DNA of 64,000 nucleotides from assembly GCA_950097015.1 (NCBI GenBank), contig CATNEN010000001.1, forward strand, positions 26,784,001 through 26,848,000, in the 5' to 3' direction. Position numbers and translations under genes: made by a program. Of this stretch, positions 22,901-34,900 are shown in pieces (within the stretch, counting starts at the first letter, position 1; each line of letters starts with the position of its first letter). Source of the DNA: Macrostomum hystrix. Lineage: Eukaryota; Animalia; Platyhelminthes. The notes below the pieces were generated by a model. The model saw nothing but the letters and a program-made list of their open reading frames with translations. It ran no database searches and was not told where the DNA came from.

Positions 22901-25900
22901 AGATGTACTGAAGGACTGATTGGTGTACTGAAGGATTGATAGATGTACTGAAGAATTGTTAGATGTACTGAAGGACTGATTGGTGTACTGAAGGATTGAT
23001 AGATGTACTGAAGAATTGATAGATGTACTGAAGGATTGATAGATGTACTGAAGGACTGGTAGATGTACTGAAGAATTGATAGATGTACTGAAGGACTGAT
23101 AGATGTACTGAAGGATTGATAGATGTACTGAAGGATTGATAGATGTACTGAAGAATTGATAGATGTACTGAAGGATTGATAGATGTACTGAAGGACTGAT
23201 AGATGTACTGAAGGACTGATAGATGTACTGAAGGACTGGTAGATGTACTGAAGGACTGGTAGATGTACTGAAGGACTGGTAGATGTACTGAAGAATTGAT
23301 AGATGTACTGAAGGATTGATAGATGTACTGAAGAATTGATATATGTACTGAAGAATTGATAGATGTACTGAAGGATTGATAGATGTACTGAAGGACTGAT
23401 AGATGTACTGAAGGATTGATAGATGTACTGAAGGACTGATAGATGTACTGAAGGATTGATAGATGTACTGAAGGACTGGTAGATGTACTGGTAATTAATG
23501 ATTGATCAATCGAAAATTTTATCAACAAGATTGATCAAAACAAAACAACAAAATACAATACAACTAGAATAACAAAGAAAAACTGTAATGCGATTACCTG
23601 ATATAAAATAGAACACAGAAGCTTAAAATGCAGATCAGTAAAAAATTAGGATTATAAATTAATACTGAAAAAAACTTCTCTTTTTGAAATCAGTGCCCTC
23701 GAGTGCGCGAAAAAAATGTCGGAGACTTTGAGCAGAGAACAAACTGATATCTTGATTCTACATCATTGACATCTCGGAAACTGAATGACACGATCCTTCG
23801 TTGAGAACATTAAAAAACTGCATATTATGTCGGAACTTTTAAGAAAAATGGGGCTTTTTGATTTATTATTGATCTTTTTTGTCATAGAGAAATATTCGTG
23901 ACTGTGGGCTGGCCTTCACAGAGTGAAACCGCTGAAGCGAGAGCGTCGAGAGAGAGAAGGAGTGAAAAGAACTTATAAAAATTGATTAAAGCACTGGCTC
24001 AGTTCAGCGGCCTAAGCCGGCAACCGTATCGCCAAGATTCTGTCTCCTAAAAGCTGAGAACTGGGATTCGGGCCCCGCCTGCGAGCTGCCAGATATTCCC
24101 AAGCATCTCAGGACTTAAATCCCCTGAACCGCCTATCATCAGCTAGAGTCCCGCCTATTTCAGAGTGGAAGGGAACACTTACAGAAAAGGGAAAGAGACA
24201 CTTTCCCCTTCAAGGGATTGGGAAAGAAAGGATGGGATAATCTAGAAATGCGTACTATTTTTATCTGCCGAAAAATACAGCCGGCATACGGCATTTATTG
24301 TACACACAGACATACTCCAGTGAGATGCGATTGCCCTCAAGGTGACACTACAATATTGACAAAGCGCTGCCACTATTAGCTGCAAAATGTTTGCCAGTAG
24401 TGGTACCAACTACCATTTTAATAAGAGGTTTAGAACAGATGAACAATCACAGGTAGGGGTAGAATTGGAGGCACTGAAGGATCGCAGGTAGGGGTAGAAT
24501 TGGAGACACTGAAGGATCGCAGGTAGGGGTAGAATTGGAGACACTGAAGGATCACAGGTAGGGGTAGAATTGGAGACACTGAAGGATTACAGGTAGGGGT
24601 AGAGTTGGAGACACTGAAGGATCGCAGGTATGGGGTAGAATTGGAGACACTGAAGGATCACAGGTAGGGGTAGAATTGGAGACACTGAAGGATTACAGGT
24701 AGGGGTAGAATTGGAGACACTGAAGGATCGCAGGTAGGGGTAGAATTGGAGACACTGAAGGATCACAGGTAGGGGTAGAATTGGAGACACTGAAGGATCG
24801 CAGGTAGGGGTAGAATTGGAGACACTGAAGGATCACAGGTAAAAGTAGAATTCGAGACACTGAAGGATCACAGGTAGGGGTAGAATTGGAGACACTAAAG
24901 GATCACAGGTAGGGGTAGAATTGGAGACACTGAAGGATCACAGGTAGGGGTAGAATTGAAGACACTGAAGGATCACAGGTAGGGGTAGAATTGGAGACAC
25001 TGAAGGATCACAGGTAGGGGTAGAATTGGAGACACTGAAGGATCACAGGTAGGGGTAGAGTTGGAGACACTGAAGGATCGCAGGTATGGGGTAGAATTGG
25101 AGAAACTGAAGGATCACAGGTAGGGGTAGAATTGGAGACACTGAAGGATCGCAGGTAGGGGTAGAATTGGAGACACTGAAGGATCACAGGTAGGGGTAGA
25201 ATTGGAGACAGGTAGGGGTAGAATTGGAGACACTGAAGGATTACAGGTAGGGGTAGAATTGGAGACACTGAAGGATCGCAGGTAGGGGTAGAATTGGAGA
25301 CACTGAAGGATCACAGGTAGGGGTAGAATTGGAGACACTGAAGGATTACAGGTAGGGGTAGAGTTGGAGACACTGAAGGATCACAGGTAAAAGTAGAATT
25401 CGAGACACTGAAGGATCACAGGTAGGGGTAGAATTGGAGACACTAAAGGATCACAGGTAGGGGTAGAATTGGAGACACTGAAGGATCGCAGGTAGGGGTA
25501 GAATTGGAGACACTGAAGGATCACAGGTAGGGGTAGAATTGGAGACACTGAAGGATCGCAGGTAGGGGTAGAATTGGAGACACTGAAGGATCGCAGGTAG
25601 GGGTAGAATTGGAGACACTGAAGGATCGCAGGTAGGGGTAGAATTGGAGACACTGAAGGATTACAGGTAGGGGTAGAATTGAAGACACTGAAGGATCACA
25701 GGTAGGGGTAGAATTGGCGACACTGAAGGATCACAGGTAGGGGTAGAATTGGAGACACTGAAGGATCGCAGGTAGGGGTAGAATTGGAGACACTGAAGGA
25801 TTACAGGTAGGGGTAGAATTGGAGACACTGAAGGATCGCAGGTAGGGGTAGAATTGGCGACACTGAAGGATCACAGGTAGGGGTAGAATTGGAGACACTG

Positions 25901-28900
25901 AAGGATCGCAGGTAGGGGTAGAATTGGAGACACTGAAGGATTACAGGTAGGGGTAGAATTGGAGACACTGAAGGATCGCAGGTAGGGGTAGAATTGGAGA
26001 CACTGAAGGATTACAGGTAGGGGTAGAATTGAAGACACTGAAGGATCACAGGTAGGGGTAGAATTGGCGACACTGAAGGATCACAGGTAGGGGTAGAATT
26101 GGAGACACTGAAGGATCGCAGGTAGGGGTAGAATTGGAGACACTGAAGGATTACAGGTAGGGGTAGAATTGGAGACACTGAAGGATCGCAGGTAGGGGTA
26201 GAATTGGCGACACTGAAGGATCACAGGTAGGGGTAGAATTGGAGACACTGAAGGATCGCAGGTAGGGGTAGAATTGGAGACACTGAAGGATTACAGGTAG
26301 GGGTAGAATTGGAGACACTGAAGGATCGCAGGTAGGGGTAGAATTGGAGACACTGAAGGATCACAGGTAGGGGTAGAATTGGAGACACTGAAGGATCGCA
26401 GGTAGGGGTAGAATTGGAGACACTGAAGGATCGCAGGTAGGGGTAGAATTGGCGACACTGAAGGATCACAGGTAGGGGTAGAATTGGAGACACTGAAGGA
26501 TCGCAGGTAGGGGTAGAATTGGAGACACTGAAGGATTACAGGTAGGGGTAGAATTGGAGACACTGAAGGATCGCAGGTAGGGGTAGAATTGGCGACACTG
26601 AAGGATCACAGGTAGGGGTAGAATTGGAGACACTGAAGGATCGCAGGTAGGGGTAGAATTGGAGACACTGAAGGATTACAGGTAGGGGTAGAATTGGAGA
26701 CACTGAAGGATCGCAGGTAGGGGTAGAATTGGAGACACTGAAGGATCACAGGTAGGGGTAGAATTGGAGACACTGAAGGATCGCAGGTAGGGGTAGAATT
26801 GGAGACACTGAAGGATCGCAGGTAGGGGTAGAATTGGAGACAGGTAGGGGTAGAATTGGCGACACTGAATGATCACAGGTAGGGGTAGAATTGGAGACAC
26901 TGAAGGATCGCAGGTAGGGGTAGAATTGGAGACACTGAAGGATCACAGGTAGGGGTAGAATTGGAGACACTGAAGGATCGCAGGTAGGGGTAGAATTGGA
27001 GACACTGAAGGATTACAGGTAGGGGTAGAATTGGAGACACTGAAGGATCGCAGGTAGGGGTAGAATTGGCGACACTGAAGGATCACAGGTAGGGGTAGAA
27101 TTGGAGACACTGAAGGATCGCAGGTAGGGGTAGAATTGGAGACACTGAAGGATTACAGGTAGGGGTAGAATTGGAGACACTGAAGGATCGCAGGTAGGGG
27201 TAGAATTGGAGACACTGAAGGATCACAGGTAGGGGTAGAATTGGAGACACTGAAGGATCGCAGGTAGGGGTAGAATTGGAGACACTGAAGGATCGCAGGT
27301 AGGGGTAGAATTGGAGACAGGTAGGGGTAGAATTGGAGACACTGAAGGATCGCAGGTAGGGGTAGAATTAGAATAAACTCAGCCCAACTCTTAAGCCAAA
27401 GATTAGAAAGGCCAGCAGTTAACTCTCGAGCGAGTTGCGTCCCATTTCAGTGACTGGAAGCCACAGGCTGAATTCAAGCGAGCCCCAAGAGAGCAAGCGG
27501 GTTTGTTATGGCCGCGGCGGCAGCGCAGATCATCAGGTGGCCAAAGCCAGTGTAGCTCATTAATATTTAATTAGTATGAAAAATCTGCATTGGCTATTTT
27601 TTCCCCTATATTCTGGTCCTCACTCTAATTCCTTGTCCCCAGAGTAGAAGGGATTCCAAATCGCCCCGCACATCATAATAAAAATAACCGACTTTCCGAC
27701 ATACAAACCAAAGGCTAAGAAAAACGTCACAGACAATCTTAATGAGACAAAGTGAATATTTAATCATTTAATTAGACATCAAAGCACGCACTGCAGCAGA
27801 ATGGACCATCTATAAATACATCTCAAGTCCAACTGTCTGATGTCTTTTTTTTTGTAAATGAAAAATGAAAAAAAATTAATGATTAAAACTACACAAACTG
27901 TAGCTTTTCACTTTTCTAATGCTGAAACTGAGGATCTAAGATAATAATATTCCAAATTTGAGGATCTGGGAGGATATGACCACAAAGCCTATGTTTTCGG
28001 ACACTGAAATCCCAATCCTGAGTATTTAGAGACACTGAGGTGATAAGCCTGAAGATTTAGAGACCCTGAGGTGATAAGCCTGAGTATTTAGAGACACTGA
28101 GGTGATAAGCCTGATGATTTAGAGACACTGAGGTGATAAACCTGAAGATTTAGAGACACTGAGGTGATAAGCCTGAAGATTTAGAGACACTGAGGTGATA
28201 AGCCTGAAGATTTAGAAACATTGAGGTGATAAGCCTGAAGATTTTGAGACACTGAGGTGATAAGCCTGAAGATTTAGAGACACTGAGGTGATAAGCCTGA
28301 AGATTTAGAGACACTGAGGCTATAACTGATTTATTTTACGCGTAGAAGCGAATACGAATACGAACCCCTGACCTTTAGGTCAGACCTTTTTCGCAACTGC
28401 CCGACTGGCTATACATTTGGCCCCTCTGGGTTAGATATAATTTGTTATCAATCTATATATTATCACGCAATAGAAATCTAATGAAGGATAGATAAAGCGC
28501 ACATTAACTATAATAAATAATAAAATATGATAACACACAGCCTTACAAATAATAACAGACAGTAATCAATGGCGAACAATCCTGATGTACAGTGTGGTCT
28601 GGGGCAGTGCTAAGCCAACTAATTGGCAATAATTGAAGCATATAATAAGTCGCGAGCATGTCAACACAGATGCAGAGCCTGGTGAGAGCTGCTGTGACAG
28701 GGGAGCCTTCCAAGCAGAAGCAGGCAGTGTCATAACGCGACATTTTTGTTTAAGATATCCCCAGAGAATTGCCACAGCTGCCAGATGCTCCTACAGGGGG
28801 GGAGGATTTTATGCCTTTGCCGGGCAGAAAGCATCACTGCTGGTGCCTGGTATTCCGATCGCGTGGCCTCGCGGGATTCTGGGAGTTGGGATCTGGCTTG

Positions 28901-31900
28901 ATGAGGCCAAAGTTCGCAGTTGGGAATAGAAAAAGTGACACCTTCAGTCTCTTGTTTCTCAACGCCAGTCTCAATAAACAAATTCAAGTTTTATCCAGTT
29001 ACAATTGGAGATTAAAAAGGTGACACACAAAGTTACTATGGGATTAATCTAATTTGTAAAAACGCCATGAATGTTTTTTTTAGTTCGAGATCCCAGAGCC
29101 AGAATTTTTTATTTTGAAGTCTGAGATCTCATTGCCTAAATATTTTCGAACCTGAAATTTCAATGCCTGAAACTTCAAACCTGAAATCTCATTGCCTGAA
29201 TATTTTGAAGCCTGAAATCTCATTGCCTGAATATTTTGAAGCCTGAAATCTCATTGCCTGAAGATTTTGAAGCCTGAAATCTCATTGCCTGAAGATTTTG
29301 AAGTCTGAGATCTCATTGCCTAAATATTTTCGAACCTGAAATTTCAATGCCTGAAACTTCAAACCTGAAATCTCATTGCCTGAATATTTTGAAGCCTGAA
29401 ATCTCATTGCCTGAATATTTTAAAGCCTGAAATCTCATTGCCTGAAGATTTTGAAGTATGAAATCTCATTGCCAGAAGATTTTGAAGCCTGAAATCTCAT
29501 TGCCTGAATATTTTGAAGCCTGAAATCTCATGGCCTGAATATTTTGAAGCCTGAAATCTCACTGCCTGAAGAATCAGTATCTCACTATAGACACTAACCA
29601 TAAAGCAAATTATATTGCTATAGCGAGTCCATAGATTAGAATTTCTTAAACTCCATCAGAAGCAAAAAATCTCCAAGCAATAGAAGAGAAGAGAAGAAAC
29701 CCTCTTTGATAAAGTTAATATTTAGCAGAGCGAAAAATTTACCAAAACTCTCTCTCACACAGTTCATTGGATTGTGAAAAGAACGGTCATAAACAATCAA
29801 CTCTATTTATAGAACAGTTATATAATGCTGCATTAACATCTATATTACTCATACAATAAGGCTTCTAAATTGGAAAGTGTTTAAAAGACAAGAAAATCCA
29901 TCTCGAAATCGAAAAAACGATTTACATGTAATAATCCTTCTGTTTTAGGCTTGTTCGTCAAAGGATTTAAATTAAGTTTAACATATCGAAGGGACTAACT
30001 AAATAAATAAGTCTTTGATTCTGAGAAAATAATAAGGAGAGGCAAAGTCGGAGTCACCTAAGCAATCCAAGCAGCATGTGACCTTATATTACGAAGTAGA
30101 TCGGTGACACAGTTACCAGTGAAATACTAATTAATTCACCGGGTTTAAAACTATTTGTGTTAGGTCACTGATGCTGGGATCAAGAATTCAAGTGCTGGAC
30201 AAGATATTACACTGTTGGGATTAAAGATTCTAATTTTGGAATAGCGGATTATGATGGGATCATGAAAAAGGATGTTGGGATCAGGGATTAGGGTGTTGGG
30301 ATCAGGGATTAGGATGTTGGGATCAGGGATTAAGATGTTGGGATCAGGGATCCGGATGTTTGGATCAGAGAGTAGGATGTTGGGATCAGAGAGTAAGATG
30401 TTGGGATCAGAGAGTAGGGTGTTAGTATCTGGGATTAGGATATTTGGATCAGGGATTAGGATGTTGGGATCAGAGAGTAGGGTGTTAGAATCTGGGATTA
30501 GGATATTTGGATCAGGGATTCGGATGTTGGGATCAGAGAGTAGGGTGTTAGAATCTGGGATTAGGATATTTGGATCAGGGATTCGGATGTTGGGATCAGA
30601 GAGTAGGGTTTTAGAATCTGGGATTAGGATGTTGGGATCAGGGATTCGGATGTTGGGATCAGAGAGTAGGGTGTTAGAATCTGGGATTAGGATATTTGGA
30701 TCAGGGATTAGGATGTTGGGATCAGAGAGTAGGATGTAGGGATCATAGAGTAGGATGTAGGGATCAGGGATTAAGATGTAGGGATCAAAGAACAGAATTT
30801 TGGGATCAGAGACAGGAATGTTGGGAACATGGAATAGGGCTTTGGGGGAAGAGATAAGGATCTAATAATTAATCAAAACATTAACAAATAAACTCAGAAC
30901 TCAGAACAGCCTTCAGTTAGGAAGCGAACAACTGAAACGCAGACACAGAAGGGACGCAGCTGCAACAAAATAGGAAAGCGAAAACACGCGGACACCAGGC
31001 AGGGACAGACACCCAGAGACTGGGGAGCCGGCGCGGCACTGACGAATTCGGCATGAATAATGAAAGCTGGAGAAAGTCGGATCAGAAAAACAGAGGCAAC
31101 AGAGGCTGCTGCCGCTGCTGCTGCTGCTAGCCAGATCCGAGTCGTGGCATGCGGACACACTAGATCGCATGCGGCCAAATAGAAAAAAGATAGAGAAAAA
31201 GCAGAAATAAAACACTTTCGGCAAGGATGGAGAGTTGAGTGAAGCACTGTACCTCCTGACTTAGCAATGTGTCGTGTATTTAGTTTCAGCGGACGAACTG
31301 CCCACAATGACCGACTGACTCGCTTCTCAACCCCCAGTCTTATTCAGTGTTAGGACTGACCTTGGGACAGGAAATAATGCTATTTATAGGCATAATGGAA
31401 CCTCGGACTGCAGCTTTCTAGATTTAAGACTTTTGAAATCGATTTGTTTTAGTTCAAGCTTAAGGATCTGGGAGGATGGCTGCTTAGCCTGAGCATCTGG
31501 GAGGATGGCTGCTCAGATTGAGCATCTGGGAGGATGGCTGCTTAGCCTGAGCATCTGGGAGGATGGCTGCTCAGACTGAGCATCTGGGAGGATGGCTGCT
31601 TAGCCTGAGCATCTGGGAGGATGGCTGCTCAGACTGAGAATCTGGGAGGATGGCTGCTCAGACTGAGCATCTGGGAGGATGGCTGCTCAGACTGAGCATC
31701 TGGGAGGATGGCTGCTCAGACTGAGCATCTGGGAGGATGGCTGCTCAGACTGAGCATCTGGGAGGATGGCTGCTCAGCCTGAGCATCTGGGAGGATGGCT
31801 GCTTAGCCTGAGCATCTGGATGGCTGCTCAGACTGAGCATCTGAGAGGATGACTGCTCAACTTGTGCATCTGGTTAGACGCTGCCACCTGCTGGAATTTT

Positions 31901-34900
31901 TCTTAGTTACAAGTTACGTTTTTGTCAGCCGAGTGTCTTTTTATCCCTAAGCCCACTACAGAAAAAACGGAGACTGGGCAATATAGAAACGGCGTTCTAA
32001 AATATGGCCAAGATTTCATGGGTCAGGGGAGACGGCTCAAAGGTGATTCTAGAACTAACCCCAGCTCAGTAGTAGAATTGGGTGCCGAATAGAATTAGTC
32101 TATTAATAAACGATAACGTTCGTGTCATGTCTCTGTTTATGCAGATCTACAAATCTGCAGTGGAAACCAAACAAAGCCTCATGGGCCACACAGAACTGGA
32201 GCAGAATCCAATTCAGTACAGTCTCACTGTATCACCGATTGCACATTTTATGCCCCTGTATTTAAACAGTCTGTCATAATGGGTCGGGAAATAAGAGATT
32301 AGGAGTTCACACGGGGATACAAGTCCGAGAAGGAAAATGAGAAATTAGAGAACACAGGGACAGACAGACAGTTTAAACTATCAGCGTGATTGCGAGCGTC
32401 CAAAACTAAAATAGCCACCTGAGAGACAAAAGCACATTCCTTGACTGAGTTTTGGATTGACATTGTGCGGTGCCGGACTTTCCTAAGAAACTCAAATTAC
32501 ACACAGCAATGATCCCAGCTGGTCTGGACAAAGAACTAAAACTATAATAACAAAAGCTGAGTTTCGACCCAGTTGTGTAAGAGAGTTAAGCCATGCCGCG
32601 AGCAGAGCCTAGCAGAGCTGGCTACCGTCTGAGTAGAGATCAAGGAAGTGGAAGGATGGACAGAGTTTTTACAGCCAGCGATCTAATAATGACCAGCTGA
32701 GCCGGTTAAAATAGAATGAGACGGAAGTTGGGGCGTTAAAATACGGGATGCCTTCCACGGTCATCAAGGAGCTGCGAAGCCCACGCGGAGCTGCAGACAC
32801 AATACTCTGACAATACGATGGCGCGCCACAATGGAGGCAGCGAATTTTTTACAACAAATTTCCAACTATCTAGCGCGGGGGTGGGGGGCGGCTATGGCCT
32901 GCCAGTCAATAATAAAACAGTTCGCCTCAGTTTTATTGGACCGCATTATAATAAGGCCGGCGAAAATAAATCTCTACTTGCGACCAAGCGAATCACCTCT
33001 GGTAAGGAACTAGCCAGTGATAAGTACGTCACTATGAGAAGCAATAGTGTAGTGTTTGAGAGAGAGAGCATAAGTATTGGCATCTCAAACAATACCTTAA
33101 TGCGTATTTGAGTTCTGTTTATTTCATATCGGTGTGAGAAAATCGTCCACTAAAATTAAAGCAACTCCAATTGCAACTAGAGACTAGTCCAAGTTCTGGC
33201 CCACTCAAGTGTCTGGCACAATGCGATTCAAGAATTCAAAGCCTGCGGAGACCATTTGACAGAGCTTGATTGGACGGCAGGCGCAGAGTCCAATCAAGTC
33301 AGTGAAGCGAATCAGGCGCCGGGTCGGCTTTGCCAGTCCTTCTCTGTCTTTTCTAATCTGCGCTGGGCTCAGCCAGAGTGCCGGCTGGCTGGCTGAATGG
33401 GAAGAAAGTCGAGGCTGACGGGAATGGGAAGGGGCACGAAACGGGGGTGGAGACGATTTTGGGGGGAGTAGCAGAAGTAGCAGCAGGTTTTAAAAGCAGG
33501 TGACACTTCAGCTTCATGGAGGCCTCAGAAGAGACAGAATAATAGACGGGCCAGTGTTCTTGGATAGAATTTTAATTCGTTCCGCTTTGATAGTAGCAAT
33601 AATCTTCTGGCCTTGGTTTCAAAGTCAGCCGAGTGGAGAATCGAAAACGCAAAAGAGACTATGATAGAAATAAACTGCCGGTAGAAGGCATCACAATAGA
33701 GGGACATGGCATCGGGGCGCCGGCCCCAAAGGCTTCTACCGCCTTTGATGCCAATCATTCTGCTGCAGTTGCAGCTTATGTCGCTGTTTTTGCCGTCATT
33801 TCAAGGCGCGGTCGACGGCAGCTCGGCTAGCCTGAAGGACCGACTTGTGCAGTGCCGGCGCTTCTGTCCCACTCAGTGCAAGCAGTGCGAATTTCGCTAT
33901 GCGTACGCCCAGTACCACCTGAGCCTGGACTGCAGCTATGCGACTGGTAGCGGCGAGCTGGTAATGCGACTCATCGAGTGCGAAACACTAACTGACCTTA
34001 ATGTTCTAGTCATGACCAGGGTTGAGCGAATGCAGGACGTGCTACCGAAGCTGGCCCTGCTAACCAAGCTCACGCATCTAAACCTCACTGACAATCGAAT
34101 CCGGAAACTTCCTCCAAGAATGTTCAGCGCATTCAAAGAGCTCAAAGAGATTGTTCTGGACAAAAATTTATTAGAAAACTTGACGGACAACTGTCTGGCC
34201 ACACCGTCGCTTCAGAAGTTAAGCATCATACAAAATCGAATACGTTACGTTTCGGCGAAAGCTTTTGAATCAACAGCAAGCTACCTCAACTATATTGACT
34301 TGTCCTACAATCGATTGGATGTTCTAACAAACTGGCCGCTGCGAATACGAGCGCTGCATAGCGAGGAGAAGCTGCGAGTGCTACTCGATCACAACCAAAT
34401 TCAACGATTCGACGACACCGATGGGGGTCTCGAACAAAGACAAAACGCAGCAAACCGCATCCGTTGGAACAAAGAGCTAGTTAACGGCGTCAACCTAGTA
34501 CTAAGCCTAACAAACAACAAGGTGCGACATTTGGTTGATCTAGTTCGTGGATGGAATATTGACGACAAGACAATCCGAGAACTAGGTGCTAGGCACGCCA
34601 TCACCATTATCAGCCTGCACCAGAATCCGCTGGAGTGCGACTGCTTAGACTATAATATGTACGTCTCAGAAAGCAATATTTCACATTTCCTGCCAGACCC
34701 AATGGCTCTGCCCTACTGCGTTAAGCCGCTAAGTCTCAACTACCAGTCAGTGTTCAACTCAGCCTTCAAACTGCTGCTTAAGCGGGAAGACTTAGTTTGC
34801 CGCGGCAAATGCCAAAACGAGCAGTGCACCTGCACGGAGGAGCCGTGGCGTCAGACAGTGTCCGTGGACTGCTTCGGCGTCAATCTGGGCCGCTTGCCGC

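Noticed and set aside
23990-24090. tRNA or SINE-like segment (TGGCTCAGT... GGATTCGGGCCCC)
   Set aside because: Boxes are degenerate and I could not fold a cloverleaf; at most an old SINE remnant.
24447-27368. CRISPR-like array of 35-bp repeats
   Set aside because: Units are contiguous with no unique spacers, there are no cas genes, and the context is eukaryotic.
30894-31310. GC-rich island with a strong minus-strand pyrimidine tract and TAG acceptor at 31160
   Set aside because: The phase-0 reading hits a stop after 10 codons and there is no clear donor, so it is not supportable as a VPS13 exon.
32474-32483. CGGACTTTCC kappaB-like site upstream of the TLR
   Set aside because: A single 9/10 match is expected by chance.
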